This document shows, one piece after another, positions 55,997 through 64,000 of a DNA stretch of 64,000 bases. This stretch comes from Porphyridium purpureum (lineage: Eukaryota), in NCBI GenBank assembly GCA_008690995.1, contig VRMN01000002.1, positions 1,116,001 through 1,180,000 on the forward strand. Reading direction: 5' to 3'. Both the position numbers and the translations under genes were made by a program. The notes under the pieces were generated by a model. The model was given only the letters and a program-made list of their open reading frames with translations. It ran no database searches and was not told the origin of the DNA. How positions within the stretch are numbered: the first letter of the stretch is position 1; the number at the start of each line of letters is the position of its first letter.

Positions 55997-57168
55997 CGCA
56001 CTCAAAATAAAAGGGAAGACGCTCGTGTTTGCGCACCCAATCTGCCGCCCGCAGAGCACCAAGTCCGGCACGCGTTTCGCTTCCTCTGCAAGATCCGCGT
56101 TTCGAGCGCGACAGCGACCGCCACGCGATCGTCCACGGCCTCTCTCCAATCGGGCGCCGCGAGTCGCAACAACCCGTCGAGCGTCGCCACCGCCACGTCT
56201 CTTCCTCCCCGCTTCAGAACAAGGCCTCCCGGCTACCACGGCTCACACACACGCAGCGATTTGGCGCGCTCTGCTAGAAGTCAACGCACACACAGCGTCA
56301 GTGTTGAGACCCACACCTCTACCTCGCACCTTTTCTTCCACTCGCGACTTTCTCCCCTACGTCGCACCGAATCCCAACTCCTCCTCCCTCCCAGCTCCTC
56401 ACTCTCCAGCACGCGTTGCTAGTAAGCGCGCCATCACGAGCCGGACTTTTCGTGCGGCCTGGTTTTCCGTTTCGGCGTCATTTCTTGGAGCTTGGCAGTT
56501 CGTGGCCGCAGGAATAAAACGACGCGCATTCCTTTGCAGTGCAACTCGAAAGTCCTATTAATTTGCACCGTTTCACCATATACTTCCGGGTGCATGGAAT
56601 GCGGGAATGCGGGAATGCGAGCAATATACCTGGCGCAGACACTCCCACCGCGTTTTGAAAAAGAGAGAAACGACGCGCGCCACCCGATCTTTTTATCTTC
56701 GCTCTTGGCGGCTCGCGCCGCGTAGATGTACAGCGCATTTCTCTCGTGTGTTTTGGAAAGCGGTTTCGGTTTGGAACCGTTTGGAACCGTTTGGGGTTTC
56801 GAGGTTCAAACTGGTGGGGTTGCGTGAACCGTTACAAAGTACAGCGACAAGGATTAAAAAACAGTTGATTTAAACAGTGAAAATTAAGTGGTGTGTGATT
56901 AAAATATCATTCGTGCGTGACGGTGTGTGTCTAGTGCGCCGCGCGAGAGCGGGGAGTAGACAGCGTGGGCGAGAACGTCGGAACAATATCGACGCGTGTG
57001 CGTTTGCTTCAGTGAGGAGCGACGCGTCCAGCATTGGGCGCAGAGTGCCGTGACTGTTGGGTCCCTGCACAGAGCTCGAGCGAGACGCGCGTCGTCTTGG
57101 TGAACGGCGGTCGGCTGATTCGTTGTTTCGTGAAGAGGACCTGCTGCGAAGAGTAGTGGATCTTTGCG

Positions 57169-58440
57169 ATGGAGGAGGATAGGTCCAAGGTGCCGGCCAC
57201 GACCAAGCTGGGTGGTGCGTATAGTAAGACAAAGCAGCGTGTTCTGAATAAGATGGGACGGCGAACGACTTTGACTAGGAACCATAGGGTGGATTACATT
57301 TCGAGGAAAGTGGACGAGCTGCGGGGAAATAAGAAAAAGGTGACCGCTCTGGCCAGCTCTCTGCGTTCACACATCGACAAGACTGTGGATCGCGCCATGG
57401 AGCTGAATGCATTGATGCTCGATGTGTGGAAGGAGGAACTTGGCGCGCGAGAGTGGGATGAAGGCGCGAGGGCGTACGTTCGGACTATGGGCAGCGACGA
57501 CCAGCAGACGCTGAGCAAACTGGAGGAGGCGTACGACTCTTTCCAGCAAGGCATAAAGACGGCATGCGACAGTTTTTATCGTTCGCTGCTGGATACGGAA
57601 AGTCAGCCGCTCACATTTTGCTCGGCAGAGGAAGAGATATGCGTGAGCAACATCAAGAAAATCAAGGAAAAGTACAAGGTCGCGCGCACTGAGTACTCGG
57701 ACGCGATGATTAATTTGGAAATGGAGCAGAGCACCGGAAATGAGCCACGCCAGAAGACCGTTCAGCGCGCCGAGGACAAGCAACGTATCTATGAGGAGCA
57801 GGGCGAAAAGTTCGCCGAGGAGGCCCTCAAGTTTGAGACCATGTACCGTGATGAGCTAGCACAGCGCGTGTCGGCACATTTCACGGCACAAATGCACTTT
57901 GCGCGAGCCGTCAGTAGCGTCGTGAAGGAAGTGCACCCATTTACGCGCTCGCTGACCCTCGACCTGGAGGTGCTCAAGGCGCAGCTTCGGAAGGATGCAG
58001 AGCAGGATCTCTCTGACGACGACATGGACGTGGATCTGCAGCAAGCGAAGAAGACTTTGCCTCCGGTGGACAGCATGGGAAAGAGGAGCACAAGCTCCAA
58101 GAAAGAGAAAAAGGAGAAAAGCAGTAGCTCGAAAAAGAGCAAGGAGAAAAAAGCAGACCTCACCGAGCCTGACGGTGATCACCGCAACGCAAGCACTTCG
58201 AGCGCTAAAGCGAGCAAAGCGAACCCGTTTTCGGACCGCGGGGATGCCGAATCGATGTCGACATCCAGCACGGCAGGAGTCCCAGCAGCCTCGAATCCCT
58301 TCCAGAATCCGTTCGAGCAGACGACGGTGAATCCGAGTTCCGACCATGCCGAGCCAGTCCATGTCTGGGGGTCTCAAGTTCCAGCCCCAACTCAGCCGCC
58401 GCCTGGCCACACGGACCCATTTGCGGGCTTTGACTTTTGA
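57169..58440 (+). CDS. Probable BAR-like coiled-coil protein with NPF/DPF endocytic motifs
   Basis: Helical N-terminal ~270 aa; disordered tail with ANPF, SNPFQNPF and terminal DPFAGFDF. Confidence 0.6.
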   Translation: MEEDRSKVPATTKLGGAYSKTKQRVLNKMGRRTTLTRNHRVDYISRKVDELRGNKKKVTALASSLRSHIDKTVDRAMELNALMLDVWKEELGAREWDEGARAYVRTMGSDDQQTLSKLEEAYDSFQQGIKTACDSFYRSLLDTESQPLTFCSAEEEICVSNIKKIKEKYKVARTEYSDAMINLEMEQSTGNEPRQKTVQRAEDKQRIYEEQGEKFAEEALKFETMYRDELAQRVSAHFTAQMHFARAVSSVVKEVHPFTRSLTLDLEVLKAQLRKDAEQDLSDDDMDVDLQQAKKTLPPVDSMGKRSTSSKKEKKEKSSSSKKSKEKKADLTEPDGDHRNASTSSAKASKANPFSDRGDAESMSTSSTAGVPAASNPFQNPFEQTTVNPSSDHAEPVHVWGSQVPAPTQPPPGHTDPFAGFDF

Positions 58441-58521
58441 CGAACAAATACATCAGGACCAAAAGACAGCTTCGTGTACATACTTTGAGGCCTTTTTTCA
58501 TTTTGTTTTCTTTCTCTTTTC

Positions 58522-59778
58522 TTAATTTGGCAGGATAAACTGGAGGGCAGCAGTTATGGCATCAGCGAGGCGTCGCCAGTCCTGCTCCAAATCCTCGACG
58601 GACTCTCCATTTTGGGTGGTAAGCATAGGACGCACGGCCTTGCGCGCTGCCCCGCCAAACGCCACCCCGCCGAATTGGGCAGCGGTCAGAAGCTTGCTAC
58701 GCTGTTGTAAGAGCACGTGCGTATGTTCATTGGTTCCGCCGGCGAGCTGCACGAAGCCTGGAAGACCCAACGAGTGAACGCCGTCCAAAGCTTTCTCTGC
58801 CAGTCGGACGGATGCATGACTAGTCCCCTTACCCAAATCGCCGCTCATCGGTCGGCCATCTGTTTGCCATATCAGCTCCACATGAGACGCCGCGTCGTGT
58901 CCGAGAACCAAATGCATTTTCCGCATCTCGCCGGTCAGATCGGGCATGTCCGGAAACGAAATTGCAACCAATTTCAGCTCGCGAAGGAGCGTGTGAGTGG
59001 TATCGTTTTCTGTCATTGCCACGGCGCCTGCACGGTCCCAAAAGCGTGCGAATGCTGCCACGCCTTGAGGCCGCGTGTGAATTTCAATCGCGTCCACTTT
59101 CATTCGAGAAATCAGCTCGACCAGCTGCTCGATCGGCCGCGTGTAATGCACAGCATCAATGATTCCGAGAGGACAAACAGGAATGCAACGGCCACAACCA
59201 TAGCACTTCGCACGATCAACCCCCTGGAGCCCAATGGCATCGGCAGGACAACTGATTTCGCACGGCCGCGGGCAATCGGATGGACAGCGGTCCGGGTCGA
59301 ACACAGCCTTCCTAAAATGCGGGTCCTCGTCATCATTTACGGAAACCATGAGGATCGGCTGTCTTTGCGAGAGCTCGAACCGGTCCAGCACGCTATTTGC
59401 TGTATCTATTCCCTGTCGTACAGCCCGTACGACCGCCTCATCTGCGGCACAGTCAATGCAGTCCACCCCTGCAAGCGTGTACACGAGAGCGAGGTTGCGC
59501 ACCAGCGGAACATCCTCAGTTGATGCGCCGCATATGAGCTTGACCCAGTTCTGCCGCTTCAGTGACACCAAGCCAACTGATCCACGTGACGAAGCGCGTT
59601 GCAACACACATCGCAACGCGTCCTTATCTGCAGAAACGCGTGTGTCGAGTATCACTATGCTGTCCTCTCGCATATGGGGAAAGGAACGGGCTTTGCGAAC
59701 CGTACATCCCACTCTACTATCTACCACACGAGGCCGCTTCCACACCGCGAGATAGCCCGCATTCACAAACGCCAGCAT
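58522..59778 (-). CDS. ldpA: LdpA (light-dependent period)-like Fe-S protein, plastid-targeted
   Basis: MLAFV transit start; WVKLICGAS, LAGVDCID.AAD, MVSVNDDEDPHFRKA.FD, CPSDCPRPCE.SCP, CYGCGRCIPVCP, WQTDGRPMSGD.G.G, QLAGGTN. Confidence 0.9.
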   Translation of the reverse strand: MLAFVNAGYLAVWKRPRVVDSRVGCTVRKARSFPHMREDSIVILDTRVSADKDALRCVLQRASSRGSVGLVSLKRQNWVKLICGASTEDVPLVRNLALVYTLAGVDCIDCAADEAVVRAVRQGIDTANSVLDRFELSQRQPILMVSVNDDEDPHFRKAVFDPDRCPSDCPRPCEISCPADAIGLQGVDRAKCYGCGRCIPVCPLGIIDAVHYTRPIEQLVELISRMKVDAIEIHTRPQGVAAFARFWDRAGAVAMTENDTTHTLLRELKLVAISFPDMPDLTGEMRKMHLVLGHDAASHVELIWQTDGRPMSGDLGKGTSHASVRLAEKALDGVHSLGLPGFVQLAGGTNEHTHVLLQQRSKLLTAAQFGGVAFGGAARKAVRPMLTTQNGESVEDLEQDWRRLADAITAALQFILPN

Positions 59779-60110
59779 CGCACGCTGTGTGCTTGCCCTT
59801 GACAGCCTCTACCCGAAACAATGTGGTCTTTCCCAGCGAAAAAGGAAAACATTCCCCCGAGAAACGACATTCTGTTGCAGAAAGGTGGGATACATTCTAA
59901 GACGTGAGCAACTCTGATTTCGGTGGATTGCGCGTGGTCGCGGGTATATAATGGGCAACACTCATGTCGTCTGCTCTCGGATTGCGATGAGGGCAGAAAG
60001 AGAGGCAGAAGAGGTCGCGCTAGTCGTGAAAGCTGGCGAGAAAATTGACGACGGAAGTGAAAAACGCAGACAAGTAGAGTTGCCGTACCAGGTAAGAAGC
60101 CGGCAACGTG

Positions 60111-60437
60111 ATGGACGCTTTTCTGCAAAAAGTGATTGATTATCCGAAGGATGTTCAGAAGGCCATACAGACGGCACACACAGTGAACATCCGCTTCCAA
60201 AACGCGTCGCCAGACACTGTTTTTGTCAAGTGCCAGAGTAAGTCGATGGGGGAAGACAAATTCTTTAAGGTACCTCCGGGGCAAGACGAGTATTGGGTGC
60301 GCGAGTGGCACCAGGAGTTTGACTTTTGCGTTTTTTCCGAGGAGTCGGAAGATGCGTCAAAGCGTGTGGCACGCAAGCAGGTCAAGGTTTCCGATAAGGG
60401 CACCTGGCTCACTTTCGATGGTAAGAACTTGAAGTGA
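60111..60437 (+). CDS. Small protein of unknown function; an upstream exon at 59951-60091 is possible
   Basis: 108-aa ORF with globular, beta-rich composition in an otherwise empty interval. Confidence 0.5.
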   Translation: MDAFLQKVIDYPKDVQKAIQTAHTVNIRFQNASPDTVFVKCQSKSMGEDKFFKVPPGQDEYWVREWHQEFDFCVFSEESEDASKRVARKQVKVSDKGTWLTFDGKNLK

Positions 60438-61174
60438 GCCTTTGGTCACCGCATTCTGGTCCTCAGTCTTTGATCGGTCAGTAGGGCAGTAAAACCGATG
60501 ACCGATGCGTGACCTGCTGGCTTTCTCGGTGATTTACTGGTTGCCCGATGATGGGCTCGTATATCGGCAGTAGATACACACTAAACTAGCGTATCTCCGC
60601 CTTTGATAGCCTATCATTTTTCTTACTCGTGGCTGGGCTCAGCAAGTTCGATGCAGCAGCCCAAGCGTCAGGTGAGAAAAGCATGCAATCATTTGGCGTA
60701 CTTGAGGCTCATACGCGTATTACATAGCAATGGGTGAATTCTTCACCCAAAGAAAACAGACTCAAAATGTGCCATCCATGGCGTGCATGTCGGAAACGAG
60801 AAATGCGCCAACCTCGCTGGCATGTTTTAGGGACTTGAAGGTTCCTCGTTGGCCCTGAATGCAATATAAAGGGTTTGTCTGCGAGCACGACAGCGAAGGC
60901 TCAGCGAGCCTTCCCGTACGTGCAGATTCTTTCAAACAATCTGCAGAGGCGCCTCAGAGAAGTGCTTTCATGGCATATATCCCCAAAGTATTGCCAGAAA
61001 TAAAGTCGGGCCAAAGAACGGCACACACACGCTTTGGCTTGATGGGTGCGTCAACACCCAGATGAGCCGTTTCGATCCTCGACGCGCAGACGTGAGGTCG
61101 TGAATCTGCATGCTGAATTTACTCAGTCAACTTCGCCCCGCGACTTGAGCGCTAGAAGAAAGCTCAAACGGCTG

Positions 61175-61693
61175 TTATTGCGCGTTGCGGCGCTTGATGC
61201 GGTCACGCTTTAAACGTTTGCGATGCTTGTGATGATTCATCTTGCGTTTGCGCTTCTTCTTGACGCTCACCAACTCCATGTCCACTGCCGATTCTGGCGC
61301 ACACGGTAGCTGTATCGACACATTCGGCATCTGCAACGGTAAATCTTGAAAGCTTGTACTGACTTGCCCCCTTTCTGAAACGGACAAGCTCCGCGTCTCA
61401 TCTCCTACAATCCACCCCAGCTCATGACGGCTTCCAGGCAAGCCCTCTCTAGCGCTTCTCTCCGCAGCAGGAGGCCATGCCCACCAGCCTCCCGCGTGGC
61501 CGGCATGACCATTTCCTGGTCCTGCCCTATTCAGAACCGACATCATCCTCCAACCACAGCTGCCGCCGCCTTGCGCAAGCCTCATCTCCCATGTCACCCC
61601 CAAATGACATGAAACGCCAATCTGCGCGCCCCAGGCCGAGCCGATCTTTCGCAGCGCTCCTATGCCCGAGCGAGCGGACACCGGCCCAGCCAT
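61175..61693 (-). CDS. Mitochondrial ribosomal protein mS38 (COX24/AURKAIP1, DUF1713)
   Basis: Presequence-like N-terminus and C-terminal SVKKKRKRKMNHHKHRKRLKR. Confidence 0.85.
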   Translation of the reverse strand: MAGPVSARSGIGALRKIGSAWGAQIGVSCHLGVTWEMRLAQGGGSCGWRMMSVLNRAGPGNGHAGHAGGWWAWPPAAERSAREGLPGSRHELGWIVGDETRSLSVSERGQVSTSFQDLPLQMPNVSIQLPCAPESAVDMELVSVKKKRKRKMNHHKHRKRLKRDRIKRRNAQ

Positions 61694-61887
61694 CGCGCCG
61701 GGATCTTGCCTACCGGGGTCGTCTTTCCGTTTCGGACTCCAATCGCTTCTCTTCCCTGCCCCCCTGTTCCATCATCTTTGTCAAAGGGGATGAAGGACGC
61801 GCACGCGTGTCGGAGGTGTGCTGAGTCAGGAGTGTGAGTGATGTGGTTAGCCGGATGGCTGGATTAAATTAGGAAGAGGAGGGAAGC

Positions 61888-64000
61888 ATGCTTTCGTCTG
61901 TGGACACGCGCGCGCCTGAGCTTGGCACTGGCGCGGGAATGGCCGGAGGAGGTGGAGTGGGAGACGGACAGGCAGCTCAGTCCGCTCGTGACGAGGGGCG
62001 TCCGCGCGACGTGGTCACGCTCGCAGATTGGTTTCCGCTCAAGTTTAACCCGACGACGCGCTCATTTGTACTGCACGGGTGCCGCGTCACGAGCGTAGAA
62101 ACAGACCCCGTGCAGACAGAAAACGTGCTGTGGCGGTCGAGCCGCGTCGCAGAGTCGTTTGTCGGCTACATGCCTAGTGGCGTGCTCGCCGACCCGACGC
62201 GTACGTTTATTACGGCGTCCGGCAAGCTGTACGTACTCTTTGGCAAAATGAATGTTGAACTAGCGCAGCAGCATAATCCGGGGATGCCTCTTCATATTTT
62301 AGCGCGCCTCGTTGACGGATTTCCTGTGCAGTGGTCACAACTCCTTTTCCCGCTCGAGAGCGCATCGGAAGCAGCTGATGCACAGGGTCTGCAGCCCTTA
62401 CCGACGTCGACGATGATTCCGGCCCAGCCGTATTCTTTGCAGCACTCGCCGCACCCTACTGCGGCAGGAGCCGTAGCTGACACGTCGAAGCCTCCGGAAA
62501 CGGTTGAGACAATTGAACAGCGCAAGGATGTTGCGGTGGAGAGGAAGTCTCTGATCGATGACAGAGCACATGATCACACTGAGCGTGCCAACTTGTCGAC
62601 CAACCGAAAGACGAAAGCGAGGGGAGTTCATGCTGTTGCACACTCCAGCACACCAGGTCATGCTGTGCTTTCAACAAGATTTCGGCGAACGTCTGAATCG
62701 TCGCCTGGGGATCCGGTTGAACCATCCGTTTTGCATGCGTCACCGGCACCAAAGCCGCAAGTTTCTTTACCGCGAAAACGGCACGATGCGTCGTCGGGAA
62801 TCAAAGCCCCCGACATGGTGAATCGCGGGACATTCACTCGTCCTCCCGGCGCTTCTAGTTCAACGCCTATGCCGCGGTCGTTGACCAAGAAGGAAGGTCC
62901 AGATCCTCGAAAGCCCGTATACGACCGAGAAGTGCCGCTCCGTACAGAAGCAGGTGGTGACAATACTTTGGACGTCGCTGCACGAGCTAATCTGGCGTCG
63001 TCCAAAATGCGTACGTCAACATCGCGCCAGAATCGAGAAGTGGCGTCTCTTAAAGAAGCGGAGGGTGTGGATGACTCCAGTGCTCTTCTGCCTTCGCCCC
63101 TGCAGCTGCAGTCCGTACCCGGCATGCGCGTTTCGCGCTCAGGTCGTGTTGTGATGCCCGTGCTCGAGTTCTGGCGAAACCAGACCGTGATTCGCGATCG
63201 GAGAGGCGTGGTTGGTATATTTGATCCGTCGGATGAGATTGAGAGGCAAGCCAAGCATGCGACCGAAGCGCAGCTGAAAAGGAAGAACATGAAAGAGAAT
63301 GATGCGGTCAGCCGAAGGGCGAAGCACGGACGACGTCTCGTGTTGTCCGAGCTGAAAGCTCCCAAAAAATCTTCCTCGCCGCGTCGAGAGAAGAAACACT
63401 ATTTAAGCCATCAGGGGCGAAAAGCTGACCAAATGCAAGCGGACAGCGGGAGCCAGGATGAGAGCGAAGGAGGCGGTACGGATCCGGAGCCAACATTTGT
63501 CCGGCGTCGGCTTCTGCAAGAGCTTGCAGAGGTGTCAGACAATGAAGAAGTTCAGCAAGAGCCGATGAGGCCGGAGTCAGCTGCAGGCGATGCTTTGCCG
63601 CCTAATCCTGAGGGGCGAAACGCGAAAGAGGATGATCTTGTGAAGGCGGGAATTGAGCTGTTCATGGACGTGATCGATGGGGTACCAGTGAGTGATTTGG
63701 AAGACTCCAAGCAACAGAATACGCGCTTGCACTCAAAATCTGCACAAGGGTCTCATCGTATCGGCCCGGATTCGGAGTCAGAGTCGAAAAGCTCCGCTGA
63801 GCGTGCGGAGATTCACTCGGCCTCGGAGATACTTTTTCGGGGTCGTCATCACACCAAACAGGGAGAAATGGAATTGAAGATGCAAGAGAGTCGTGAACAA
63901 GTCGAGGAGGGAGATGTGGAGAACACGGAGCGGACCGAGAACGGAGACAGCACAGGTGACGTCGGTGATGGCGCAGATGACGACGAAGAATCGGGCGACA
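61888..64000 (+). CDS. KNL2: KNL2/MIS18BP1-like centromere licensing protein, 3' truncated by the window and absent from the ORF track
   Basis: Manual translation from ATG 61888 gives a SANTA-like domain (VTLADWF..FVLHG..WRSSRV..TASGKLYVLFGKM..GFPVQW) and an in-frame CENPC-k-like motif SRSGRVVMPVLEFWRNQ at ~63133-63183. Confidence 0.82.
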   Translation, partial: MLSSVDTRAPELGTGAGMAGGGGVGDGQAAQSARDEGRPRDVVTLADWFPLKFNPTTRSFVLHGCRVTSVETDPVQTENVLWRSSRVAESFVGYMPSGVLADPTRTFITASGKLYVLFGKMNVELAQQHNPGMPLHILARLVDGFPVQWSQLLFPLESASEAADAQGLQPLPTSTMIPAQPYSLQHSPHPTAAGAVADTSKPPETVETIEQRKDVAVERKSLIDDRAHDHTERANLSTNRKTKARGVHAVAHSSTPGHAVLSTRFRRTSESSPGDPVEPSVLHASPAPKPQVSLPRKRHDASSGIKAPDMVNRGTFTRPPGASSSTPMPRSLTKKEGPDPRKPVYDREVPLRTEAGGDNTLDVAARANLASSKMRTSTSRQNREVASLKEAEGVDDSSALLPSPLQLQSVPGMRVSRSGRVVMPVLEFWRNQTVIRDRRGVVGIFDPSDEIERQAKHATEAQLKRKNMKENDAVSRRAKHGRRLVLSELKAPKKSSSPRREKKHYLSHQGRKADQMQADSGSQDESEGGGTDPEPTFVRRRLLQELAEVSDNEEVQQEPMRPESAAGDALPPNPEGRNAKEDDLVKAGIELFMDVIDGVPVSDLEDSKQQNTRLHSKSAQGSHRIGPDSESESKSSAERAEIHSASEILFRGRHHTKQGEMELKMQESREQVEEGDVENTERTENGDSTGDVGDGADDDEESGD

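Noticed and set aside
60731..60749. Hairpin tgggtgaa-ttc-ttcaccca
   Set aside because: A single 8-bp stem is expected by chance in 64 kb and has no supporting context

Overview
Gene-dense, essentially intronless, GC-rich eukaryotic nuclear DNA. It has spliceosomal, TFIID, eIF2B, OST and centromere genes alongside nucleus-encoded plastid-type genes whose N-termini resemble red-algal transit peptides (M..AFV). A unicellular red alga such as Porphyridium is my inference, not a database result. About 30 protein-coding genes are supported. The main finding is a ~381-aa full-length intein with a LAGLIDADG-type homing endonuclease domain, inserted in frame in the active-site loop of a eukaryote-type IMP dehydrogenase (GMGCG|CF...IVHN|SICTT, 45658-46800, minus strand). 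The window also holds two secreted Hedgehog-type Hint (Hog) autoprocessing proteins, one fused to a ~900-aa pentapeptide-repeat region. Other points of interest are a bacterial-type epoxyqueuosine reductase (QueG), a NodU/CmcH carbamoyltransferase, a tandem pair of unknown Trp/Cys-rich secreted proteins, and a KNL2/M18BP1 gene that the ORF track missed because it runs off the window end. No rRNA, tRNA or CRISPR array was recognised.
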